Below are positions 1-9,069 of a stretch of 64,000 bases of DNA, one piece after another. The DNA lies in the NCBI GenBank assembly GCA_040377305.1, contig JBEIPA010000002.1, positions 32,001 through 96,000 on the forward strand. The letters are read 5' to 3'. Made by a program: the position numbers and the translations under genes. The DNA comes from Flavobacteriales bacterium (GTDB lineage: Bacteria > Bacteroidota > Bacteroidia > Palsa-965). Under the pieces are notes generated by a model. It was not told the DNA's origin and did not search any database. It saw only the letters and a list, made by a program, of their open reading frames with translations. Each line of letters starts with the position of its first letter. The first letter of the stretch is position 1.

Positions 1-2
1 TC

Positions 3-1289
3 CGTAACCTCGGTGTAAACGCTATCACTTCGTTCGACGTGGCACTTAGCTTTAACGCCGTTCTACAGAACCAAAGTGTGTCGAGCGTGAATATTCCTTC
101 ACTTGGAGTTTACCACGTTACTTTCAACGTTCCAGTTACTTTGATCGCTGGTGTTAACACGGCAATCGTAACAGTTTCAAACGTGAACGGCGCAGGTCTT
201 GACGGAGATATTAATGATGATGCAAACACTGCAACCGGCAACATTACTACAGTTCCTGCTCCAGGAAAAGTTGTAGTTGGTGAAGAAGGAACTGGAACAT
301 GGTGCCAGTGGTGTCCACGCGGTGCTGTCTTTATGGATTACATGGCAGAAAGCTATGATGGATTCTGGGCAGGCGTTGCAGTTCACAATGGTGATCCGAT
401 GGTGAATTCTGCTTATGATGCAGGTGTTGGTGCTTTGATCGCAGGTTACCCAAGCGGACTTGTTGATCGCGGACCGGAAGCTGATCCTTCTGATTTCGAA
501 AACGAATTTCTTGCAAACGTTGTTATTGCTCCTCATGCAACTATCGTAACCGGTGCAGAATTCAACACTGCAGGTGATTCATTGCACGTTTCAGTTACTT
601 ACACATTCACGCAGGCTGCAACTTCATCTTACAAAGCGCTTTGTATTCTTACTGAAGATTCAGTAACAGGTACAAGCGGTTACGCACAATCAAATGCATA
701 CGCTAACAATGCTGCTGGTCCAATGGGCGGTTTCGAATCACTTCCTTCAAGTGTTCCTGCTGCACAGATGAACTACAACCACGTTGCGCGCGGAATTGCT
801 CCGAGCTTCGGCGGCGGAACAGGATTTGCAAGTACAGTTCCTGTTGCAACTGTTGTAACGTTCAACTTCTCATTCCCGATTTCTGCAGCATGGGACACTT
901 CACTTTTCCATGTTGTTGGTGTGCTTGTAAATCCAAACGGAACGTTTAACAACGCCGGCACGTCATCAATTCAGGAAGCACTCGCTAACGGATTCGTTAC
1001 AGGTGTTGAAGATTTCGGTGCACAGGTCCCAGGACAACCGGATGATCTGAAAGTTTACCCGAATCCATCAACTGGATTGTCTTTCGTAGAGTTGAACCTT
1101 GAGACTGCTCAGGAAGTAACAATGACAGTTCGCGATATCACAGGTAAAGTAGTTGCAACACGTAACTATGGCACAATGATGGGCGCAAACATTCTTCCGA
1201 TCAATACTGCTGAATTCGCAAAAGGTATGTACACAGTTGAAGTTATGACTGGAGAGACCATGAGCCGTTCACAGATGATCGTCGAGTAA
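3..1289 (+). CDS. Omp28-related thioredoxin-fold protein with T9SS type A C-terminal sorting domain (5'-truncated by window edge)
   Basis: Frame open from position 3; EEGTGTWCQWCPRG CxxC motif, VAVHNGDPM, GYPSGLVDR and YNHVAR motifs typical of Omp28-like domains; C-terminal KVYPNPS...KGMYTVEV T9SS CTD. Confidence 0.8.
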   Translation, partial: RNLGVNAITSFDVALSFNAVLQNQSVSSVNIPSLGVYHVTFNVPVTLIAGVNTAIVTVSNVNGAGLDGDINDDANTATGNITTVPAPGKVVVGEEGTGTWCQWCPRGAVFMDYMAESYDGFWAGVAVHNGDPMVNSAYDAGVGALIAGYPSGLVDRGPEADPSDFENEFLANVVIAPHATIVTGAEFNTAGDSLHVSVTYTFTQAATSSYKALCILTEDSVTGTSGYAQSNAYANNAAGPMGGFESLPSSVPAAQMNYNHVARGIAPSFGGGTGFASTVPVATVVTFNFSFPISAAWDTSLFHVVGVLVNPNGTFNNAGTSSIQEALANGFVTGVEDFGAQVPGQPDDLKVYPNPSTGLSFVELNLETAQEVTMTVRDITGKVVATRNYGTMMGANILPINTAEFAKGMYTVEVMTGETMSRSQMIVE

Positions 1290-1340
1290 GTAGAAAGTAA
1301 GCCGTAGGGCAGTTGGCAGTCGCCGAAGCCTGAACAAATA

Positions 1341-1389
1341 AAAGGAACCCGGTCTCGTCAAGCGTTTGACGGGACCGGGTTTTCTTTTT
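1341..1389 (+). terminator. Rho-independent terminator
   Basis: Stem GAACCCGGTCTCGTCAA / TTGACGGGACCGGGTTT followed by a T-rich tract, downstream of the Omp28-like gene. Confidence 0.75.
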
Positions 1390-1533
1390 GTTCCGCCGGC
1401 TGAAGCCGAACGGTTATCGTGTTGAATCATGTCGTATGAAGTGGTTGAGAAAAAATGGCGTCGCCATTTTTTCTCAACCACCATTAACATATATGACCTA
1501 CACCGATAACCGTGCGGCTTCAGCCCACGGAAC
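1390..1533. repeat. REPIN/MITE-like palindrome (REP family A)
   Basis: Terminal arms GTTCCGCCGGCTGAAGCCGAACGGTTATCG / CGATAACCGTGCGGCTTCAGCCCACGGAAC; perfect 20-bp inner inverted repeat 1441-1460 / 1462-1481. Confidence 0.75.
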
Positions 1534-1542
1534 CACATAAAT

Positions 1543-1588
1543 ACTGCCTACCGCCCTACTGCTTACTGCCTACTCTTTAGTAACTTTG
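1543..1588 (+). promoter_or_regulatory. ACTGCCT-type heptamer tandem repeat followed by -7 promoter box TAACTTTG for purB
   Basis: actgcct accgccct actgctt actgcct, then TAACTTTG at 1581-1588 (Bacteroidota TAnnTTTG consensus); inverted arm at about 1286-1320. Confidence 0.6.
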
Positions 1589-1604
1589 ACGTTTAGTACT
1601 CTCT

Positions 1605-2942
1605 ATGACATCTCCGCTTAATTCGATTTCTCCGGTAGACGGCCGCTATTCCAAGCAAACCGAAAGTCTCCAACAGTATTTTTCAGAAAGTGCGCTGATA
1701 AAATATCGTCTGCTCATTGAAGCCGAATATTTTATTGCATTGAGTTCGGTTGTGCCGCAACTGAAAGATGTTGCATCGAGCAAACACGATGAAATCCGCG
1801 ACAAGGTGTATCGCAATTTTACCGAAGCGAATGCACTCGAAGTGAAAGAGACAGAGAAGACCACCAATCACGATGTGAAAGCGGTTGAGTACTTCGTGAA
1901 AGCGCGTCTGGCTGAAATCGGATTGGAGAAGCATCTTGAGTTCGTTCACTTCGGATTGACTTCGCAAGACATCAACAACACAGCAACACCACTGTTGATT
2001 AAGGACGCACACGAAAAAGTGTTGCTTCCTGCGATCAACGGAATTCTCGATACACTTTCAAAACTGGCGAACGACTGGAAGGACATTCCTATGCTCGCAC
2101 ACACGCACGGGCAACCGGCCTCTCCTACCCGTCTCGGAAAAGAGATTGAAGTGTTTGTTTCGCGTTTGAAAGAACAACTGCGTTTGCTTTCCATGGTTCC
2201 TTTTAGCGGGAAGTTTGGTGGAGCAACCGGTAACTTCAATGCACACCATGTTGCGTATCCGAATCACGACTGGAAAAAATTCGGTGATGAATTTGTGAAG
2301 TCTCTTGGACTGGTTCGTTCACATCCAACAACACAGATTGAACATTACGATAATCTCGCTGCGTACTTCGACGGTCTGAAACGTATCAACACAATTCTTC
2401 TTGACTTGTGTCGCGATATGTGGACATACATTTCCATGAACTACTTCCGTCAGAAAACAAAAGCGGGAGAAATCGGTTCATCGGCCATGCCACACAAAGT
2501 GAATCCGATTGATTTCGAAAACGCGGAAGGCAATCTCGGACTGGCGAATGCAATTTTCGAACACCTCAGTGCAAAACTTCCGATCTCCCGTTTGCAGCGC
2601 GATCTGACTGACTCAACAGTACTTCGCAACGTTGGTGTTCCGATTGCACACACATTGATCTCTTTGAACTCAGTTGCAAAAGGTTTGAGCAAACTTCTTC
2701 TGAATGAAGATGCGCTGAAAGCCGATCTCGAAGCAAACTGGGCAGTTGTTGCTGAAGCAATTCAGACCATTCTTCGTCGCGAAGGATATCCGAAGCCGTA
2801 TGAAGCGCTGAAAGATCTGACGCGTGGGAATAATTCTATCACGAAAGAATCGATTGCGACTTTCATTGAGGGATTGAATGTATCTGCAGAAGTCAAAGCA
2901 GAACTGAAGAAAATTTCACCTTCAAGTTTTACGGGGATTTAA
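1605..2942 (+). CDS. purB: Adenylosuccinate lyase
   Basis: ISPVDGRY, TNHDVKAVEY, HFGLTSQD, GSSAMPHKVNPIDFEN fumarate-lyase signature, SRLQRDLTDS. Confidence 0.97.
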   Translation: MTSPLNSISPVDGRYSKQTESLQQYFSESALIKYRLLIEAEYFIALSSVVPQLKDVASSKHDEIRDKVYRNFTEANALEVKETEKTTNHDVKAVEYFVKARLAEIGLEKHLEFVHFGLTSQDINNTATPLLIKDAHEKVLLPAINGILDTLSKLANDWKDIPMLAHTHGQPASPTRLGKEIEVFVSRLKEQLRLLSMVPFSGKFGGATGNFNAHHVAYPNHDWKKFGDEFVKSLGLVRSHPTTQIEHYDNLAAYFDGLKRINTILLDLCRDMWTYISMNYFRQKTKAGEIGSSAMPHKVNPIDFENAEGNLGLANAIFEHLSAKLPISRLQRDLTDSTVLRNVGVPIAHTLISLNSVAKGLSKLLLNEDALKADLEANWAVVAEAIQTILRREGYPKPYEALKDLTRGNNSITKESIATFIEGLNVSAEVKAELKKISPSSFTGI

Positions 2943-2963
2943 TTACCTCATTAATGTAACGGC

Positions 2964-5864
2964 ATGTCTACCCCCGCATCCGTACTGAATAGAACCGGAT
3001 GTCGTTGGTTGCAACGATTGCTGTTCCTATTAATTACTTTGAGTTGCGTTCATGCGCACGCCCAAACCCAACCTTCCTATTTCTTCCTCGGTGCAAAAGA
3101 ATTCGACGGCGTTCAGATTTACGATATTATTCAGGATAATGATCTGAACTATTGGATTGCTTCCGACAACGGACTTTACAAATACGATAGTTATTCGTTC
3201 GCGAAAGTGGAATGCGAAGGTGCACAGTCGCTTGCTGTGTTTGGTTTTGTAAAAAGTCTCACCGGTGAAATTTATTGTTACAATCTGAATAACCAGATTC
3301 TGCAGATCAAGCGCGACAAGTGTGCGGTGTTCTATAGTCTCAAACCCGAAGAACGTGCGTCGGACACTTATCTTTCCATTACTCCTGAAAATGAATTGCT
3401 GGTTTTTACCCGAACAATTCTACTCTTCACCAACGCTGGAACTCCGGTGAACATACCCAAACCCCGCTTATCCTACTATGGCTTTCCGTTTCAGACCTCA
3501 TCGGGTAAAACGATCAGTCACCTGGCCGATTCTGATTCGCTATTGATTTATGAAAACCGGCAAATACGTTATGTGAAAATGAATACAGGGCCTGACCAGA
3601 TTGACGGCGTCCTGAAATTTTTCACATTGAACAATAAGACGTTTGCAATTTCCACATCAGACAAAAACATCTACGCGTTTGATGAGCGTGATTACTCTGC
3701 TGTGATGGCACCATCAACAGACCTCGATAAGACCAAAGAGCCATTCCGGATATACAATGTGAATAGCACAGCCTGGGTTGCAGGTATAATTTCAGGAGTT
3801 CGCGTATTGTCTGATCAGGGACAACTTGAACTGTCTGACATGTACTATTCGCAGTATCTCATATCGGATGTATTCCAGGATGCGGAAGGGAATCTGTTGC
3901 TCAGCACATTCAATCATGGAATTCTGGTGGTGCCCGATATTAACGTTCCGGATGTTTTGAATATTGCCGGTGGTCACTCCATCATGAGTATACAGAGCGA
4001 TACTAAAATCGGAATGCTGATGGGGACGCTCACCGGAAAACTACTTGCCTACAAAGATGGAGTGTACACCACGCTGTCCGATTCCGGTGTAAGACCACTG
4101 CAATCGATTTTCAGTTGGCCCCAATTTCCATTCGTGATCTTTGACGATGGAGGAATAAAAGCGATGAACAAAGAAACCGGCACAATAACCCGTGTAGGAA
4201 TAGGTTCACTGAAGGATGCTTTGTGCATCAATGACTCCACCGTATATCTGGCGCTGAATATCGGACTGGCACACGTTACGTGGAACGGAGGAAATTCTTT
4301 CCATGCAGCTATCGTCCCTGACGTCCGGTTAAGATGCTATGCACTGGCGTACGCTCCCTCTGAAAATCTAATCTACGTTTCCACGTCAGATGGAGTGAAG
4401 ATGTTTGAACCGGGCGGTACCGTAGTGCCCTTGTTGCAAAACGGTTCTGCAGTATTTGCAAATGATATTACCTACGCAGATGGAGTAACTTATCTTGCCG
4501 GCAAGAACGGAATTCTGAAATGCGCTAACGGAAAAATTATCGGAACAATTTTGCCGATGATTCAGGATAAACCCGTTGAAATTCTGAAGTTCGAAGTACA
4601 GAATTCAATCATCAGCGCGATTACCGCCACTGGGTTTGCGCGATTCGACACCGAAGGTCATCTACTGATGCAACTGAACACGAAGCAAGGATTCTCCACG
4701 AATCGTATTTACAAATTCGATATTTCCGGCGATGAAATCTGGATCTGTCATTCACAGGGAGTGCAGAAACTAAGTGCTGAAATACTAAGCATTCCGGTAA
4801 CAAAACCGCTGATGCGCATTAGCGCTCTGAACGTAAATGATCAATCGGGTTCATTACTGAACGCCGGTGTATTTACCAGCGAAGAAAGAAAGTTCCGTTT
4901 CACCTTGTCTTCACCTACATTGCGTAATAAGGAAAACATCCGTTATCACTACCAACTGTCGGGATATGACGAAGCCTGGTTTATTTCCAACTACACCGAC
5001 AACCAGATTGTCTACAACGCATTGGCGCCAGGCGATTATGTTTTTACGGTTAAAGCAGAGAACTCCGGTGTGTTCAGTGATCCTGTTTCTTATTCGTTCA
5101 CAATTTCGGCCCCATTCTATTCCCGCTGGTGGTTCAGTGTGCTCATTGGTGTACTGTTGTTGCTGATCATCACTTTTGTTTACAGGTACAGACTTCAGCT
5201 TCAGGAGAAAAAAGCGAAGCTCGAAAACGAATTGCATGCATCCCGACTCACGGCGATTCAGTCGCAAATGAATCCGCACTTTATTTTTAACTCGCTGAAT
5301 TCTATCCAGGATCTTGTATTGAAAGGCGATGTGGACAATTCGTATACGTTCATTACCAAATTCTCCAATCTGGTTCGACGTACGCTTCACTATTCCGACA
5401 AAGACTTCGTTGAATTCAGTCAGGAAATAAAACTACTGGAGTTGTACCTCGCGCTTGAGAAATTGCGCTTTCGTGATGACTTCGAGTTCATTCTCGATAC
5501 GGAGGGAATTGATGACATCATGATTCCCCCAATGCTCATTCAGCCTTTCATCGAAAATTCCTTGCTGCACGGATTATTACACAAGGAAGGAAAGAAGAGG
5601 ATTACAATTACTTTTCGCCTGCTCGATAATCTCATTTGCACGGTGGAAGATAATGGTGTGGGTCGGGAGAAAGCGAAAGAAATCAAAAGCCGTCAACGTG
5701 CAGAACATGAGTCTTTCGCGGGTCAGGCAATTAAAAAGCGCTTTTCAATATTGAGCCGTCTGTTTCAGAGTGAATTGGGTTATACGTATGAAGACATGTA
5801 CGACGGAAAGCAAGCAATTGGCACCCGAGTGAAACTTACAATTCCGGTCAAACGAAACTTCTAG
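2964..5864 (+). CDS. LytS/YehU-type sensor histidine kinase with periplasmic beta-propeller and Y_Y_Y domain
   Basis: Signal-like N-terminus, propeller repeats, YHYQLSGYD...YNALAPGDYVFTV, one TM helix, LTAIQSQMNPHFIFNSLNSI H-box, IQPFIENSLLHG, VEDNGVG. Confidence 0.92.
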   Translation: MSTPASVLNRTGCRWLQRLLFLLITLSCVHAHAQTQPSYFFLGAKEFDGVQIYDIIQDNDLNYWIASDNGLYKYDSYSFAKVECEGAQSLAVFGFVKSLTGEIYCYNLNNQILQIKRDKCAVFYSLKPEERASDTYLSITPENELLVFTRTILLFTNAGTPVNIPKPRLSYYGFPFQTSSGKTISHLADSDSLLIYENRQIRYVKMNTGPDQIDGVLKFFTLNNKTFAISTSDKNIYAFDERDYSAVMAPSTDLDKTKEPFRIYNVNSTAWVAGIISGVRVLSDQGQLELSDMYYSQYLISDVFQDAEGNLLLSTFNHGILVVPDINVPDVLNIAGGHSIMSIQSDTKIGMLMGTLTGKLLAYKDGVYTTLSDSGVRPLQSIFSWPQFPFVIFDDGGIKAMNKETGTITRVGIGSLKDALCINDSTVYLALNIGLAHVTWNGGNSFHAAIVPDVRLRCYALAYAPSENLIYVSTSDGVKMFEPGGTVVPLLQNGSAVFANDITYADGVTYLAGKNGILKCANGKIIGTILPMIQDKPVEILKFEVQNSIISAITATGFARFDTEGHLLMQLNTKQGFSTNRIYKFDISGDEIWICHSQGVQKLSAEILSIPVTKPLMRISALNVNDQSGSLLNAGVFTSEERKFRFTLSSPTLRNKENIRYHYQLSGYDEAWFISNYTDNQIVYNALAPGDYVFTVKAENSGVFSDPVSYSFTISAPFYSRWWFSVLIGVLLLLIITFVYRYRLQLQEKKAKLENELHASRLTAIQSQMNPHFIFNSLNSIQDLVLKGDVDNSYTFITKFSNLVRRTLHYSDKDFVEFSQEIKLLELYLALEKLRFRDDFEFILDTEGIDDIMIPPMLIQPFIENSLLHGLLHKEGKKRITITFRLLDNLICTVEDNGVGREKAKEIKSRQRAEHESFAGQAIKKRFSILSRLFQSELGYTYEDMYDGKQAIGTRVKLTIPVKRNF

Positions 5865-5865
5865 T

Positions 5866-5933
5866 CCGTTCCTGAAGAAAATCGGGCGATTACAAAGAAA
5901 CAACACGACTGCAAAAGGCAACAGGTAAACTTG
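5866..5933 (+). promoter_or_regulatory. Putative LytTR-box promoter of the response regulator (autoregulation)
   Basis: CCGTTCCTGAA at 5866, degenerate second half-site at 5886, TAAACTTG at 5926 (40 bp after the second site, as at the other three promoters). Confidence 0.55.
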
Positions 5934-5937
5934 CACG

Positions 5938-6681
5938 ATGGAAAGAATCCGGGCCATAATAGTAGATGATGAAGAAAGCGCGCGCGACGTGCTTGAAAAT
6001 CTGCTGCGTCGTTTTTGTCCGGAGGTTGAAGTGCTCACGAAGCTTTCAAACATCCCACATGCCGTTGAAGCGTGTAATCAGTTGAAACCCGATCTGGTTT
6101 TTCTTGACATAGAAATGCCAAACTATGCAGGCTTCGAAATCGTGAAGTTTTTCGAGACTATTCCGTTCGAGATCATATTCGTTACAGCGTACGATAAATA
6201 TGCACTTCGCGCTTTTGAAATTTCCGCAATTGATTATTTGCTGAAGCCAGTTGACATAGATCGCCTTAAAGAAGCTGTATCGCGTGTGAAAAAGCAATCG
6301 GATCTCAAGCATCATTCCGATCGTCTCTCCTTATTAGGAACCACGCTTCAGTCGAAGGAAGTGAAAAGCATCATGGTCACTGACAAAGGATACCAGCAAA
6401 TTGTTCCTGTTGATTCCATCATCGCCATTGAGGCTGAAGAATCGTATTGCACCATTCACACGACAGACCGAAAATATACCGTCAGCAAAAACCTGAAGCA
6501 CTTCGAAACAGTTTTTGCAGATAGTCCACTATTCTTCCGCGTACACAAATCGTGGATCATTTCGAAGAAGCATATTCTGAATTATTCGAAATCGGATTTG
6601 TTGATCAATCTCTCCAATGGCTTGACCGCGCGCCTTTCCAAATACAAAAAGGCGGAGTTTGAAGAGATTCTTACCTCGTGA
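5938..6681 (+). CDS. LytTR-family response regulator
   Basis: IVDDE, DLVFLDIEMP phospho-acceptor, FVTAYDKYA, DYLLKP; LytTR domain FFRVHKSWII. Confidence 0.96.
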   Translation: MERIRAIIVDDEESARDVLENLLRRFCPEVEVLTKLSNIPHAVEACNQLKPDLVFLDIEMPNYAGFEIVKFFETIPFEIIFVTAYDKYALRAFEISAIDYLLKPVDIDRLKEAVSRVKKQSDLKHHSDRLSLLGTTLQSKEVKSIMVTDKGYQQIVPVDSIIAIEAEESYCTIHTTDRKYTVSKNLKHFETVFADSPLFFRVHKSWIISKKHILNYSKSDLLINLSNGLTARLSKYKKAEFEEILTS

Positions 6682-6772
6682 ACTTACCGTCCCGTTGAGG
6701 CAATTACAGACTAGCCGTAACTGTTTGTTTTGCAACAAGAATTCCTTCTGCGCATCAAAGCAAAAGTCATTG

Positions 6773-6878
6773 CGTTTATATGCAGTGGAATCTTAAGGCC
6801 ATTCAACATTCCGCCAGCTTCGGAATTCCACTGCATATAAACGAAATCCGTAACCACGTGGTTTCGTGGTTACGGATT
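6773..6878. repeat. Two adjacent inverted repeats between convergent genes (bidirectional terminator or REP-like)
   Basis: Perfect 19-bp arms 6773-6791 / 6825-6843 and perfect 14-bp arms 6845-6858 / 6865-6878. Confidence 0.7.
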
Positions 6879-6975
6879 CAAACAATTCACTGCTGGTAGA
6901 TTTATTTACCGGGAGCACTTTCAGCCATACTTTGCTTAGCTGCTAATGTTGCTCCAGATCTGCTCAAAGAAAAGA

Positions 6976-7680
6976 TTACGGACGGGTTCCTAAGGCAACC
7001 GCTCCTGATCCCATGCCGCCAAATGTTGCAGCACCAACAGCAGCACCCACCGGTCCGCCTGCTACAGCTCCAGCTATTCCGCCTGCGATTCCAAATCCGA
7101 TATCAGCGCAAACGATTGCCACAACGCGTAAACACCTCTTTCTGGCTGAGATCGGTCCTGGAGGAGTTACAGGTTCCTTTATCTCCCAGTACGCGGCACT
7201 GTGGCGTGCAATAGATCCTGCTCCAGAAAGAATAACAAATTCGGTTTCACTTAGTTTTCCGATTTTATTCTGCCAACTCACTAAAGCCTGTTTTATTTCC
7301 TTCACCGATAAACGGCCCTTTTGAATTAAACGCAGTTGTTTAAAAAGCTCAGCCAGCTTTTGATTCGCTTTTTCTGATAAAGCCGGATTTTTCTTCCATG
7401 TAAATGAGACGTTTTTTGGGTCGTAGTTTGCCTCCTTCGCCTCCTGGACTATTGCTTCATACTTTTTACGGGGAATTTTTCCGAAAGCGTTTTCGGGCAA
7501 AGACAGAAAGTACTTCTCACCAAGTGCGACTATCTTTTTGACACTCATTTTTGGGGATCTGCCGGGAAGCTTCTGAACAATGAAGTTTATCACTTCGTTG
7601 TGATAGTAACCAACCAATTCAGTTTTGCCGAAATCATATTCAGCTGCAAGGTTTGCAATTTCTAGTTGTTCTGGGTTCAT
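6976..7680 (-). CDS. Hypothetical protein with Gly/Ala-rich hydrophobic, bacteriocin-like C-terminal tail
   Basis: 234-aa ORF; GYYHN near N-terminus, SIARHSAAYW, then VCADIGFGIAGGIAGAVAGGPVGAAVGAATFGGMGSGAVALG. Confidence 0.7.
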   Translation of the reverse strand: MNPEQLEIANLAAEYDFGKTELVGYYHNEVINFIVQKLPGRSPKMSVKKIVALGEKYFLSLPENAFGKIPRKKYEAIVQEAKEANYDPKNVSFTWKKNPALSEKANQKLAELFKQLRLIQKGRLSVKEIKQALVSWQNKIGKLSETEFVILSGAGSIARHSAAYWEIKEPVTPPGPISARKRCLRVVAIVCADIGFGIAGGIAGAVAGGPVGAAVGAATFGGMGSGAVALGTRP

Positions 7681-7866
7681 CTTTTTGTTTTTTTGTCAAG
7701 ATTACCAATTTTATTGAATAATTAATTTATAATTCATTAACAGTCCATTTTTATTCATGAATGGACATTATAATCCTTTCAAATGATTTGAGTTTATTTA
7801 AAAAGTGTAGTTCGTCCGTTGGAACCGACGCCCTCGCGAAGAATCCAAGGTGCGCTTCCTTCCTGT

Positions 7867-7935
7867 CCGTTCCTGAAGCTGTTGGGCTGTTCGTGAGTTT
7901 CTGAATATTCCTCCGTTCGATGTGCTGTATACTTG
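7867..7935 (+). promoter_or_regulatory. Putative LytTR-box promoter
   Basis: CCGTTCCTGAA (7867) and CTGTTCGTGAG (7887), 20-bp period; TATACTTG at 7928. Confidence 0.65.
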
Positions 7936-7973
7936 ACCAGAATTTCAAAAACAACACCCTTAAACTTTAGTCC

Positions 7974-8888
7974 ATGAAAAAAATCATGCTTGCCGCTCTC
8001 TTTAGTGTTTCATTGAATGTGATGAACGCCCAAATCGATATGATCACATCACTGAAAGCTATGGATGGTGTTGTGTACACTGAGTACTATGCTGTGACTA
8101 TCGCTGAGCCTGGAAAAAACACGATCAGCGGGAAACGCTACGTTTCGACGGTTAGCCCGGTGAAGAATCGCTTTGGGCATATCGTCGGCTTCGATGCCCT
8201 GAGCAAGGAGAATCCAGCTGAAAAGGATATTCTTTACAACTACATGTACAATATCTTCGACCACTATACACATCCATCCTACTCCACCGGTTCTGCAAGT
8301 ACAGCACAGGTAATTATCAACGGATGCATTTTTGAACTGGAATATTTCGAAAGCACCACCCAGTTTGGAATTGATAAGATATGGATTCCTTCTGTTCCGA
8401 AAGACAAGGCAGCTGATCCCGTTTTCAAAGGATCCAAAATGGCTGATATGAAATCGATTGATCTCATGAAGCTTGTCAAAGACTATTTCGTGGAAATGAA
8501 AAAGATTCAGGATGCTAATCCTTACAATGCAACCATGCAGGAGCAGGCGAACACGATGAAGTTCATTGTTGATTCAACACAACTGACTTACGACAATGCC
8601 AATGCTGCTTACTGGAATTCTCCGGAAGGACAGGCTAAACTGAATCAATTGCGCAAGCCAAAAGTTACGTTGGTGAATGACACGCAAAGCGATGTACTCA
8701 TGTGTTATGGACAAGGTGTTTCAACCGTCCTCAAGCCGGGAGAGAAAAAAGAATTCAGCTGCGATAACGGTAAAATATTTAAAGGAAAACATCGTGAGAA
8801 TTCAGAACAGTTGGACAGTACCGGAGAAGTGCTGCTCAATCTTGATGGAAATAATTGCGGACGAGAAATAAAAGCTTCGACCCTTTAG
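7974..8888 (+). CDS. Secreted hypothetical protein
   Basis: 304-aa ORF with Sec signal MKKIMLAALFSVSLNVMNA-Q; small Cys-containing beta domain at C-terminus; no family recognised. Confidence 0.8.
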   Translation: MKKIMLAALFSVSLNVMNAQIDMITSLKAMDGVVYTEYYAVTIAEPGKNTISGKRYVSTVSPVKNRFGHIVGFDALSKENPAEKDILYNYMYNIFDHYTHPSYSTGSASTAQVIINGCIFELEYFESTTQFGIDKIWIPSVPKDKAADPVFKGSKMADMKSIDLMKLVKDYFVEMKKIQDANPYNATMQEQANTMKFIVDSTQLTYDNANAAYWNSPEGQAKLNQLRKPKVTLVNDTQSDVLMCYGQGVSTVLKPGEKKEFSCDNGKIFKGKHRENSEQLDSTGEVLLNLDGNNCGREIKASTL

Positions 8889-8902
8889 TTCAAAATAATT
8901 AC

Positions 8903-8944
8903 AAAAAAGACAGCACTTGCTTAGACGCAGGTGCTGTCTTTTTT
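8903..8944 (+). terminator. Rho-independent terminator
   Basis: AAAAAAGACAGCACTTGC / GCAGGTGCTGTCTTTTTT. Confidence 0.85.
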
Positions 8945-8956
8945 GTGCTGTATTGT

Positions 8957-9024
8957 CCGTTGCTGAAGCCGTTTGGCTGTTGGTGAACTCTATTTTTTCC
9001 CGAGTTGGGGTCGGTGTACGTTTG
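8957..9024 (+). promoter_or_regulatory. Putative LytTR-box promoter
   Basis: CCGTTGCTGAA (8957) and CTGTTGGTGAA (8977); perfect TACGTTTG at 9017. Confidence 0.7.
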
Positions 9025-9069
9025 TGGTAATTGAAATTGCCACTAATTCCCTTACACAAATTACGCAGT

